Program-made: the position numbers and the translations under genes
Source of the DNA: Convolutriloba macropyga
Taxonomy: Eukaryota
Length of the DNA: 64,000 bases
Reading direction: 5' to 3'
NCBI RefSeq assembly: GCF_964194025.1
Contig: NC_134468.1
Span: 70,308,001 to 70,372,000 of the forward strand
Shown here: positions 1-9,930 of the stretch, piece after piece
Layout of the letters: each line of letters opens with the position of its first letter
Numbering within the stretch: the stretch's first letter is position 1
The notes under the pieces: model-generated
The model's input: only the letters and a program-made list of their open reading frames with translations
Database searches by the model: none
What the model was told of the DNA's origin: nothing

Positions 1-789
1 ACATAAGAATAACATTATTTTTCAAGATTAACCAAGGATCCACCAATGAGAGAAACCACTTTCCTTCTGCAGTATTTCTGAGAATTTTTATTTAACTAAT
101 GACCTTCAACTGAACATAGCTCACCAGCAGACTGCACTCAATCTGAAAATGACTGATTCGCAGATTATGTTTAGCAAGAACAGACTGATCTGTAATAAGC
201 ATGCTTGAGACTCCTTAGTAGTCTGAAAAGAACATGTCGACAGCGAAAAAGGTTCACAGTGAAAATTTTGAACTTGAGCTCATAAAAGATAAAATGGCCG
301 CACGCAATTTACTGTATAATCTGTTACGATAAGAAGAGTGAGATTGCGTGTCGGGGGCTGCCGTCGGTTTGAAATACGTGGATTTCGAGACCAGAGATGG
401 TCACAGACGGACAAGAAATTTTGTCACTGGTAGGATAGGAGTGTCGGGTTTAGTTTTTTGAAACAGAGTAGTACGCTCCAGGTTCCTCAAAAAGTTGTGC
501 CTTTTTTGGGTGTTGTATTCGTAAGTTGCTATCAAAAAGGTGTGGCGAGGTCCAGAAATTTAACAATTGCAGATAAAGTGTTTAATGATTTACAGGTTGC
601 TGAATATTTGATTTATTATGGTTCTCTGGTAACGGCTGCCTTACGGCTTTTCGAAAACTGTTGGTGTCACGGGCTCATTGCATTCTCTTCGTATGCTTGG
701 GTGGATTATGAGCCGGTTCATTGGTTTGACAACCTGATGTCCCAAGAAAGAGTCCGTGAAGGCGTGAGGAAATCTTCTGATAATTGACA

Positions 790-977
790 TTGTCAACATA
801 TATTCAATTGCTGTTTTTGCGAGCAAGCGTCTGCTGAAAGCTACTTGATTTCTAGACACGGTAACTTGATTTCTAGACTCGGTAAAGCCTGAGCTTTGCG
901 ACTATTGTGAATGTACCATCATTTTTCTTTCGAATTTGAAGCGTCATTATGCCCGAGCTCACAAAACGTCCAAATGA
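790..977 (+). pseudogene. Decayed tandem C2H2 zinc-finger coding remnant
   Basis: 897-977 translates as CDYCECTIIFLSNLKRHYARAHKTSK* (C-x2-C-x12-H-x4-H). Just upstream, in another frame, is CCFCEQASAESYLISRH (C-x2-C-x12-H). A 21-bp tandem duplication (843-884) and stop codons break the frame. Confidence 0.45.
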
Positions 978-1475
978 AAGAGCTGTGAACAACGAGTAGG
1001 TTGAGGTAATTCACCTTTTCATGCTGAGTGAGGAGTTAAGAGTGGCAATTAACCATGTACAGATGGAGGGCATAAGGTTTGTTAATCGCTAATCTAATGT
1101 GTTCAATTAGCAGTGAGCTGCTAATTGCGATTTCTCAGGTGGTAGTTTACATCACCTTTTAAACCGCGCTTTCACTTTGGTTTGCATTCGGTTTTGGTAT
1201 TTTCGTTGGTTTCTTGTGGTTTTAATTGGGTGCTTGTCTGGAGGAGGGAGGCAGGGATGTTGGTTTGGATGGAATACTTGGTTTTGGAGTTTCTTGGGTC
1301 TTTGTTATGCTTTGTGGAAGAACGGAGGGCGCGTGGGGGTGACAGGAAGGGTGTTTTAGAGGGAGTTTGGGAGAGAGGGAGTGGGGGAGAGAGTGAAGGA
1401 GTAGGGTCTTTAGAGAAGAGCAACGAAGGAAAAGACAAAGAGAAAAGAAAAAGAAGAAAAAGAGGAAGGAAAGAA

Positions 1476-1678
1476 GAGAGGCACCCTCAGTGCACCACCG
1501 GCAGCCAGACCCCCCTATCAGGGAACCATCAACCGGCTTGTGCGCTGAGAGTACGGTGACTTGTCATTGGTTTTGATTTTTATAAATAGAAAGAGGACGA
1601 GAGGCACTCTCAGTGCACCACCGACAGCCAGACCTCCCTTTCAGAGGACGAGCAGCCGGCTTGTGCACTGAGGGTACA
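1476..1678. repeat. Two ~80 bp direct repeats, each an inverted-repeat (stem-loop) unit
   Basis: 1476-1554 and 1599-1677 share gagaggcacYctcagtgcac...gtgcRctgagRgtac. The outer arms ctcagtgcac/gtgcactgag are reverse complements. The inner hairpin is ccc-cctatca-ggg in copy 1 and ctc-cctttca-gag in copy 2. Confidence 0.8.
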
Positions 1679-1756
1679 AAGGCTTGTAATTTATACCTCT
1701 TTTTGAGGCGGTTATTTTCGCCTTGCGGGGGTGAGTGGTTGTTCCAAAGCGGGAAC

Positions 1757-1974
1757 AGAGGGTGGGACCAGTATCAAGGCCTCAGCATGATTGCCACGAT
1801 CATATTGCCTTCACTTACTGGTACCCTGGAGTTAGAGCGTGGGGCCAGCATCAAGGCCTCAGCATGATTCCCACGATCATGCTGCCCTCCCTTACTGGTA
1901 CCCTGGAGTTAGAGTTAGATCAGCTTCAAGACCTAGACTGATTCCCGTGATCAGTCTAGTCTCCAACACTGATC
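1757..1974. repeat. Left hairpin-rich direct repeat (~140 bp, 1831-1974) plus upstream partial copy (1757-1837)
   Basis: gttagag..cagcatgattcccacgatcatgctgccctcccttactggta..gatcagcttcaagacctagactgattcccgtgatcagtctagtctcc..actgatc recurs at 3641-3777. It contains hairpins cagcatgat/atcatgctg and ctagactgat/atcagtctag. Confidence 0.85.
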
Positions 1975-2070
1975 AGTCATCTGCAGTTTCAGTCCCTTCT
2001 TTCTACTGTCTGTGGAGGCGTGCTGAAGGAAGAAAGAAGAAGAAAAAAAATAAAAAAAATATATATAAAA

Positions 2071-2075
<5 letters not shown>

Positions 2076-2109
<34 letters not shown>
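2076..2109. repeat. (TA)n microsatellite
   Basis: Direct reading. Confidence 0.95.
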
Positions 2110-2113
<4 letters not shown>

Positions 2114-2253
2114 CAAAAAAGATCAAGTTAGATTTCAATTTTCCCTCTTGGGTGGTGTGGTTAGTGGTGTGGTTAGAACAAGTCTAGTGAGAGTTACTTT
2201 ATTTGTTTGGTTGCCTTTAAGAAAACGCGGTTTAAGTGGCTGCTCAAGGCTGC

Positions 2254-2826
2254 TCAGTTATTTTTGTTCTTCCTCTTTCGTTGGTTTTTGGTTCTGAGCG
2301 ATGGTCTGTTTTTGCCTGCTGCTTTCTGCTTTTGTTTGTTGAGCCACTCGTAAACGGGTCTCGACGTTATCATTTCTATCAATGTTTGGTTGATCTCAAT
2401 CCCTGGATGCACTAGTATTAGTCTCAGCGCTTCCCTGTGTTCTGCTTTGACTATTTGACTCAGCCGCAGGAGAGTCACTTCCTCTGGTAGATCCTTTTGC
2501 ATTAGCTGTTCTTTGACCCCTCTTCTTGTATCTGGCATGATGGCTGCGCTGATGTTGAGTCCTGTCATCTGTCGTCCCAGCTCTTGGCTTGTCATGTCTT
2601 TGTAGTTGTTTGTGGAGTGCTCACTGAGGCTGTTGCCGATGGCGTCGTAGTAGATGTTGAAGGTTGATGATGGGTGTTGGAGTTTGATGTTGTTGATGAT
2701 GTGAGGCACTCTTTTTCTGACGTCTCTGTGGTTGAAGGAGACTCCTCCTGCAGCAAAGCTCAGTGGTAGAAGGATGTGTTTCTTGGCGTCTCTGAGGCAG
2801 GAGGCTCCGATGATGTAGTTTGGCAT
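2254..2826 (-). CDS. Intact 190-aa protein, SGNH/GDSL-hydrolase-like fold candidate with basic C-terminal tail
   Basis: ATG-initiated, uninterrupted ORF. YIIGAS (block I-like), AGGVS (block II-like), DAIGNS (block III-like) and LVHP (block V-like) occur in SGNH order and spacing. C-terminus is RTKNQRKRKNKNN. Fold assignment is by eye. Confidence 0.6.
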   Translation of the reverse strand: MPNYIIGASCLRDAKKHILLPLSFAAGGVSFNHRDVRKRVPHIINNIKLQHPSSTFNIYYDAIGNSLSEHSTNNYKDMTSQELGRQMTGLNISAAIMPDTRRGVKEQLMQKDLPEEVTLLRLSQIVKAEHREALRLILVHPGIEINQTLIEMITSRPVYEWLNKQKQKAAGKNRPSLRTKNQRKRKNKNN

Positions 2827-2906
2827 TTTGCAGTTGTATAGATGGATGGTGGTGCTATTGTGTCCCTCTTGTTAAGACAGTCATTTCAAAAAGCCGTTTT
2901 AGTTTC

Positions 2907-2956
2907 AGCCAATCAGAGGTTGGCTCTCACTTTGGTTGTTTTTGATATCCTCCAAT
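2907..2956. promoter_or_regulatory. CCAAT box(es) in the short spacer between divergent ORFs (candidate bidirectional promoter)
   Basis: AGCCAATCAG at 2907-2916 (NF-Y-type consensus) lies inside the inverted repeat agccaa-N7-ttggct. A second CCAAT is at 2952. The spacer between the two ATGs is only ~160-210 bp. Confidence 0.4.
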
Positions 2957-2984
2957 CAAGTGTTGAGAAAGTCTTTGTTTTTTG

Positions 2985-3419
2985 ATGGTTCAGTTTCAGA
3001 TTTTGGAGTTAAGTATTGCCATTTGGATCATTTTCAAGATGACTTTTTCTTCTTCTTCAACTGTTGTTTCTTCTTCTGGTGTGGTGGATAAGGTCATCAT
3101 CATCCCGCTTTCTCCACAGGACGAGGTTTGTGATCCTCGTCCAGTGCCTCGTGGGAACAAGAAGTTGGTATTTGATGCGAGGTTGCCTGATGGGCTGGCA
3201 ATGGGCAATGCCTTCATTGAGCAGAAGCGGGCGAAGAGGCAGGCAAAGAACGAGAAAGCAGCTGCCAAGCAAGCTGAGAGTTTGCCAGCTGGAGATCGTG
3301 ATACTGATAATGTTGGCACGATCTCGTCTGAATATGTTTGCGATGACCTGCCTGATGTTGGCCCCTATGATTCTGATGACCCTCGAAGTGATCCAGATGT
3401 TTACCTTAGTCGGTTTTAG
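2985..3419 (+). CDS. Intact hypothetical protein (start at ATG 2985 or 3039), basic helix followed by acidic tail
   Basis: Open frame with KRAKRQAKNEKAAAK followed by a D-rich C-terminus. Divergent from the 190-aa ORF. No family recognised. Confidence 0.45.
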   Translation: MVQFQILELSIAIWIIFKMTFSSSSTVVSSSGVVDKVIIIPLSPQDEVCDPRPVPRGNKKLVFDARLPDGLAMGNAFIEQKRAKRQAKNEKAAAKQAESLPAGDRDTDNVGTISSEYVCDDLPDVGPYDSDDPRSDPDVYLSRF

Positions 3420-3470
3420 TTTTCCTCACTGTGTGGTTGCCGTTAAAAGTTAAAAGCTGCACCTCCGTTT

Positions 3471-3591
3471 TTTCTATATTTTTGTTGTAGTGTCACTTAT
3501 TCTATAATTTTGATGTAGCATCGTTTATTCTATATACTTTTTTCTGTTGTGTCATTTATTCTATATTTTGAGTTGTAGTGTCTTTTATTCT
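3471..3591. repeat. ~30 bp minisatellite, about 4 copies
   Basis: Repeated ttattctata(t)ttt..tgtagtgtca units. Confidence 0.75.
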
Positions 3592-3640
3592 AAAAAAAGA
3601 GAAACAAAAAAAAGGAGAACCATGTTCGGTGCAAGGTGCT

Positions 3641-3777
3641 GTTAGAGTGTGGGTCAATATCGGGGCTACAGCATTATTCCCGTGATCATGCTGCCCTCCC
3701 TTACTGGTAACCTGGGGTTAGATCAGCTTCAAGACTTAGACTGATTCCCGTGATCACTCTAGTCTCCCACACTGATC
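3641..3777. repeat. Right hairpin-rich direct repeat (partner of 1831-1974)
   Basis: Same orientation and highly similar to 1831-1974, including both GAT-TCCCRYG-ATC hairpins. Confidence 0.85.
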
Positions 3778-3894
3778 TTTTTGATGCGAGGTTCATCAGT
3801 TCTTTACATAGCATCCAGCCACTTACACATATATGTAGGCGCGCACACACACACACGCAAAGAAACAAAAAATTTAATCAAGCTTAACCGGGGC

Positions 3895-4410
3895 AGTGTG
3901 TTTTTGAATTTTGCCCTAATTTTTTTTGATTGGCTTCAGCTAACGCCTCGAGTCATACACCAAGACATCCACATCTAGCTTTGTTTTGAAATTTGTCCTA
4001 ATTTTGTTTGTTTTTATACTTTTTCATTTTGAGTGGCTTCAGCTAACGCCTCGAGTCATACCCCAAGACATCCGCATCCACCTTTGTTTAAAATTTTGCC
4101 CTAATTTGTTTGTTTTTATACTTTTTCATTTTTAATGGCTTCAGCTAACGCCTCGAGTCATACCCCAAGACATCCGCGTCAACCTTTGTTTGAGTTTTGC
4201 CCTAATTTTGTTTGTTTTTATTCTTTTTCACTTTGAGTGGCTTCAGTTAACTCCTCGCGTCATACTCCAAGACATCCGCATCCAACTTTGTTTTCAATTT
4301 TGTTCTTACTTTGTTTTTTTTATATTCTTTTTCACTGTGAGTGGCTTCAGCTAACGTCTCGAGTCATACTCCAAGACATCCGCATCTACCTTTGTTTTAC
4401 AGTTTTGTGT
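3895..4410. repeat. ~103 bp tandem repeat, 5 copies, at the 3' end of the minus-strand LINE
   Basis: Core tggcttcagctaacgcctcgagtcataYcccaagacatccgcatc at ~3930, 4034, 4136, 4238 and 4342, separated by similar T-rich linkers. Confidence 0.92.
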
Positions 4411-4569
4411 TAGTTTCTTGTTTTCCTTTTCTGCCTTTTCCTTTAATTATTTTCTTGTTTCCTTTATAAAATGTTTTGCAAAGGAGTTTGAAACATTTTG
4501 ATCTGGCTCCAAGTTATTAAGTGTTTTTCTGTTATCTTTTTAATTTCCTTATTTCGTTTTATAGTCCTT

Positions 4570-7120
4570 ACGAGGTATTCCGAGCTTCATTTTTGGATTG
4601 TTTAGCTTACTATTTCTAAATTTCCTATTTGATGTAGTTCATCTACGCTTGTCCACATTGGTAGGTTATATGCAAGTCTTATGGCTTTATTTTGTCCTCT
4701 TTGTATCTTGTTGAGATCGCTTTTTGTTACATTTACCCAAGCTGCATTTGCATACATGTATAGTGGTCTTACCATTGTTTTATAAAGATACATAATTATT
4801 TTAGATTTTATTATTTATGATTTTAGGTGTCTTAGCATATTGATTCTTTGTTGCATTTTTGCGACTATTTTGTTTGCATGATTTATCCACGTCATTTTAT
4901 AATTGAGATCAAGTCCAAGAAATTTTACTTCTTTGCTGATGTTGATGTCTTCTGACCCTAAGTTAGTCTTAGATTTGTGTTCAGTATTTGTCTAGTGAAG
5001 ATGGTGTATATGGTTTTTCCCGCGTTAAGGAGTATTTTCCATTTGTCGCACTATTTTTCTAAGTGTCTGATTCCGATTTGTAAATGTTTATTAGCTATTT
5101 CTTGTTTTTCATGTTTCTAGTATATGGCAATGTCATCTGCATATTGTGAAACTAATGTATCTTTACATTTTGGTTTGCTTACATACATATTGAACAAGAT
5201 TGGGCTTACGATGCTCCCTTGGGGGACTCCTGCTTCGGGTGTGAAGCTTTTGGAAATTGCTTGTTTGTATTTAACTTTGTTTTTTCTGTCACTTAGGAAG
5301 CTGCTAGTCCATTTTGTGATCCACCATGGTGTGTTAATCTGAATTAGCTCATATAAGATACCTTCGTGCCATACTGAGTCAAAAGCTTGCTCTACATCTA
5401 AGAAGGCAGCAGCTGTGGCACCTTTCCATTTAAAGCTTGTTGTTGCTTTTTCTGTTAGCGTTAGAAGGTTATCTGTTGTGCATCTGCCAGATCTGTAGGC
5501 ACTTTGTTGATCACCGAACAGGTTAATTGTTCACATTGATTTACCAAGTGTTCGTTTACATTTTCACACAGTTTTCCAATGCAAGATGTTAATGATAATG
5601 GTCTGTATCCTTTTAGCGTTTTGTGATCTTTTCCTACTTTAGGTATCATTGTAACGGTTTTAGTTTTCCATTGGGCTGGTACATGTCCTAACTGTATTGA
5701 TGTTTGAATTGTTTGTGCTAGGTTTTCTATTGTTTCTAATGGTAAGTGTTTTATCATTTAATAGCTTATTCCATCTTGGCCTCGTGCAGTATTTTTACGA
5801 TTTCCTAAATTATTTTTGAGAGTTGCAAGTTTTTCTTCTGTGTGTTTCCTTTCATCTTCATTTAGTTTAATTGTCTTAAAGTTTGTTTCTCTTATTTTTA
5901 GTGATACAGTTTTCTCGTGATCTTTTCCCTTATGTGTTTTTGATTCGTTTGTTTTCATTGTTGTTTTTAATTTTTCAGCGAATGCATCTGCAGCTTCCTG
6001 ATTATTCATTTGTAATTGTTCGTTGTTTTTCTGGATTTGGTTAAGTAATATTTTTGCAGCTTTCCAGAAGCTATTGCCTTTCTTTGCTTGGTTTAAATTG
6101 TCAATTAGTTTCATTTGTTGTCTTGTTGTGTTTTCTTTACTTATTCTATTTCTGTTGTCAGTATGCTGATCTTGTTGCATATTATTTGGTGTTGGGTTGT
6201 GTTTCTTTCGTCGTTTCTTCTCAGTTTGTTCCTTTTTCTCTCTAGTTTGTGCTTTTCTCTTGTCAGTTTTTAATTTGGTGGTTTGTAGCTATGTGTTTAT
6301 TCATGTATATGCTCTCTTTTTATGCAGTTTGATTTTTTGTGTAATCTGGTCTATGTTCTTTTCTAAGTCTATTTTGTTTCTTATGTTCCTGTTTAGGTCA
6401 TCTGAGTTTTGTAGGATATCATTTTTGTATTTTTCCCAGTAAACTTTTTTTATGTGACTCGATTGTTTTGTCTATGTTATAGGTGCTACCAGTTGGGTAG
6501 TGATCACTAGGAATTTTCTTTGGAAACATAAAAATTATCGAATAAGCTGGTGAGTTTAGGGTTGGCTAGGTGTACATCTAGTGTTCCACAATCTTTGTGT
6601 GTGCAATCATAATTACTTAGTATTATATAGTTTTCCTCATCAAGCCGTTGTTCGATTAATTTTCCCGTTCTGTTAATGGTTAGGTCATTGGCTCCAAACA
6701 TTGGGTTTTTTACATTAATATCACCAGTGATTAAGTGGACTTCGTTGTTTGCTATTTTTGTGATTAGGTCCGTTCTTATTTCTAAATGTGTTGATACATA
6801 GATTTTTGTTACGTAGAGTCGAAGTACTTTTATTGTAACACATTCTTGTGTTAGTTTGCTCTCTGATTTATATGTTTTTGTTTCTATAAGTTCGTAATTT
6901 AATCGGTGTTTGATATAGATTGCAGATCCTAAGCGGCTGTGTTTAGTGTTTCCTTATAGGGTATATCCTTTGGATGGTTTTTCCTACCTAAGTTAGTTTC
7001 GTTCAGGCAAGCTATGTCAGCTTGGGTTTTTCCAATATATTTAATATTTCTATTTTGTTTTTTTTTTAGTCCGCGACAGTTTAGTTGCGTGACTATTAGT
7101 GTTTTTTGTGATTTTTGTTT
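4570..7120 (-). pseudogene. LINE ORF2 (AP endonuclease + reverse transcriptase), frameshifted
   Basis: Fragments 6507-6701, 5758-6180, 5461-5757 and 4602-4793 plus intervening frames reconstruct APE-RT in order. YADD lies at ~5130-5145. Confidence 0.88.
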
Positions 7121-7382
7121 TTCAATAATTTTGTTTTTTGTTTTAAACGGTTTTGATTTTGAAGTTGTTTCAAGGTGTTGTTTCTCTTATTGCTGGGTGA
7201 TCTGGTTTTTAGTTCTGTTCTCACTGAGTTTATTTAGTTTGTGTCTCATTTTCACCTCGTCTACTGTTATTTTGTTGTCTTTTAACACTTCACATAACAC
7301 TTTTGTGACGTCCTCCATGATTGTTTTCCTAATATTTTCTCTCGTTTTTTCATTTATTTTATTGCATTTTGTGCAATAAAAA

Positions 7383-8402
7383 TCATTTGCTATTTTTTGC
7401 GCTGGTTTCTGGTTTGTTTATGAGGGCCTCTGCATATGACGCAGCGCGTGCAATTAGTGTTGCTTCTTTATACTTTTGGCAACCTTTATAGGCAGCGCTG
7501 TGCTTCTCATTGCAATTTGCGCAGCAAGGTTCATTTTGATTGCAATCTTTGACGTGGTGGTGTCCACCACATTTTGGGCATCTTTGCATGTTATCGCAGT
7601 TTGCTGCTATGTGACCAGGTGCTTGGCATTTGAAACATTGCACTACTTTTGGTTGTTGTTTTGATTGTTCACTTTTGAATTTTTGTAGACACAGTACTAC
7701 CCGATTTGTGATTGCTTTTTTTGCTTGGTTTTCGTCTTTAGTAAGGACTCCAACTAGTCTTGTTTCTTGGTTTGTAACGCTGCTTTTGACCCTAAATATT
7801 TTTTCAGATTTGATTCCTTGTTCATTTAGTTGTTCTTTAATTGTGTTTAGGCTTACATCTAGCGAAACTTTTGTGATCACAAAGCACGGGGTTACTTTTT
7901 CTCGGCTTATGTTGTTGTTAGCGTTAACTTTTACTTTGTACTTTTGACACTCTTGTATGATGTTCTGTGGTGTAAGCAATTTCGATGATTCTTTATTTGT
8001 GGGTTTTATGGAGAAGCCATTTCTCATTGGCATTTCTCTTACACTGCCCGGGTCTCGTTGGTTAGTAAGTTTGATCATGGCGTTGGCAAAAGTAGCTATT
8101 CGAGGTCTCTCTCCCTCAAAATTAATGTAAACAATTCGTTGGTTATTAGTGTTTACTTTTTGTTGCTCTACATTAGGGCGTTTACCAGCAGCTTCGGCTT
8201 TTTCGCCTGCATCAAGGGCCCGTTTTCGGGTTTTAGAAAAGGTGGTACCATTTTCATTTTGTGGATTTGTGTCCGTATCTATCTCTAGACCCAATTCTAT
8301 GCTCTCGTTGGAAAGGGTCGGTTCATATGGGTCGTTTGAGGGGGGATGGAAGTGGGTGCTTGTTTGCGGCTGTACGGAGTCGCGGTCTAAATGATTTTTC
8401 AT
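7383..8402 (-). CDS. LINE ORF1 nucleic-acid-binding (gag-like) protein with three CCHC-type knuckles
   Basis: QCFKCQAPGHIAANC, RCPKCGGHHHVKDC and CCANCNEKHSAAYKGC, preceded by a PRE_C2HC-like region. Probably truncated at 7383. Confidence 0.85.
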   Translation of the reverse strand: MKNHLDRDSVQPQTSTHFHPPSNDPYEPTLSNESIELGLEIDTDTNPQNENGTTFSKTRKRALDAGEKAEAAGKRPNVEQQKVNTNNQRIVYINFEGERPRIATFANAMIKLTNQRDPGSVREMPMRNGFSIKPTNKESSKLLTPQNIIQECQKYKVKVNANNNISREKVTPCFVITKVSLDVSLNTIKEQLNEQGIKSEKIFRVKSSVTNQETRLVGVLTKDENQAKKAITNRVVLCLQKFKSEQSKQQPKVVQCFKCQAPGHIAANCDNMQRCPKCGGHHHVKDCNQNEPCCANCNEKHSAAYKGCQKYKEATLIARAASYAEALINKPETSAKNSK

Positions 8403-9330
8403 GTTTTGGGCTTGGGGGCTTTTTTTGGAGGTTTAAGGGAGGGTTAAACTTTTGTTCGTATTAACCGGCGTCCCGGTAGTTAGAATATATCTAAACAATT
8501 CAATTTAGTTTTTATTGCTACTTATTGCTTATTGCTAGTTATTGCTTAGTTAAAAAGTTGCAAAAACACTTATCCTATATTTAAAAGCTTCGGGGTGCTA
8601 ATCCGGAGTGGTCTAGGGAATCACTAAGCCAGCCTATGCTAAGAAAAAAGCAAAAAAGGCACCAATTCACCTCACCGGCAACTTTTCGGAAGAGTTACTA
8701 GGCTACTGGTAAGGCTTCAAGGCACCCCTAATACTCTCCAAGCAAGGGCTACTGCTTCTGGTCTCACTCCTTCGTCTTGCTCTTTCGTCAGTTGCCTGCT
8801 TCTCCACTTCCTCTCACTTCTCAGGTCGTCTTGTCACGAGCTTCTCCAATGTCTCTCTTGCTTCTCCAGTTGCTTTTTTCGTCTTGTTGGGTCGCTGTTG
8901 GGTTGTAGAAATTAGCTTTGGAGGGCATAAGGTTTGTATCGCTTCTCATGCAGAGAGCGGAGTTTGCAAAATTATGAGGAAACTTATGGCACATAAGTTT
9001 GTTTACAAGCATACTGTAAATTGGAAACTGGTAACTGTTCAAAAAGCTGGTCATGCATAAAAACAGGTTGAAAAGGTTATGATTAAGGGCAGAAATAAAT
9101 CTGACCAATTGATCCGGGTATATTATTCCTGAGATGGTTTGTTCACGGAATTAAACTCACAGCAAAAAGTCAGGTTGGCTACCTTTTTAAAGAAACAACT
9201 TATCGAATCAATAAGTTTAGTTCAATTGAGGACAATTAGTAAGTTCTTTTCTCTAGTGTTAAGGTTAATCTGGTATGAGTCTTGATTCTTACTGTCTTTA
9301 ATTTTATTGTTATCTTCAACAACGTAGAAG

Positions 9331-9397
9331 ATGGCTTTGGCGGTTGATGGTTGGAGATCTAAATCTGAAAGTCAAAAGTGCCCACTTATTACATACG
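9331..9397 (+). CDS. Predicted exon 1 of a ~260-aa uncharacterised gene (MALAVDGWRSKSESQKCPLITY)
   Basis: aagATGG start and GT donor at 9398 (phase 1). Joins in frame to the acceptor at 9930. Confidence 0.5.
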
Positions 9398-9930
9398 GTT
9401 GGTTAGTTTAACTTTACTTGATGAATTTCTGTATCAAGTATTCTTAACTTACATTTAAAAGGTCGATTTTCAACTGTTCTTTTATTTTTTGGATCTGGAA
9501 TTTTTTCAGAGGTTTCAAATTTTGAAAGTTTGCTGCGGAAAAGTAATACACTAGATTTACCATGAACTTAAATGAAAAATAGCTGAGTAATTGCGAATTG
9601 CCTCACATAAAAGTAAAATAAAACAAATGTTTATGAAAACACGAATTATCAAGTTCAAAAATATTATTTTTTAAATTAAATTTTTTATGGCTGCTTTTGA
9701 GAGCGAGCAAACAATTGACCTGGGCGCTGCCAGTCAAAAATTCTGACAAAAAATGAAAAGCTAAAATTTCATAGTCTTCAGTTCAGGGTTCAGAGAAACA
9801 TAAATTTCTCTTTCCCAAGCTGCCTTTCCCCCAAGTTTCATTTTAAGGAGTAATAGTGCTAAAAACAGTGCTCTAAAACGGCTGAAATTTTAAATTTGAT
9901 TTCCGTGGTGGTAATCCTTTTCCTGTTCAG

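Larger units (their letters stand above)
4410..8820 (-). mobile_element. Decayed, near full-length Jockey/I-group non-LTR retrotransposon (gag-like ORF1 + APE-RT ORF2)
   Basis: ORF1 has three zinc knuckles. ORF2 remnants include the APE motifs QLNCRGL and DIACLNET and the RT motifs YRPLSLTSCIGKLCE, AFLDVEQAFDSVWHEG, AGVPQGSIVSPILFNMY, SQYADD and YKTMVRP. There are several frameshifts. The 5' boundary is approximate. Confidence 0.88.

Noticed and set aside
390-700. Possible hAT transposase remnant (VTDG ... RAH)
   Set aside because: Motif spacing is too long, frames are broken, and no other transposase motifs are present.
1355-1410. G-quadruplex in the G/A-rich tract
   Set aside because: Four or more GGG runs are present, but nothing in the sequence supports function beyond low-complexity purine bias.
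1172-2297. ORFs 1172-1438, 1182-1559 and 1839-2297 as genes
   Set aside because: They run through purine-rich, hairpin-repeat and (TA)n low-complexity sequence (YIYIYI), with no domain signal.
3895-4410. CRISPR-like array (conserved core plus spacers)
   Set aside because: Linkers are homologous T-rich sequences, not unique spacers. The context is eukaryotic and there are no cas genes.
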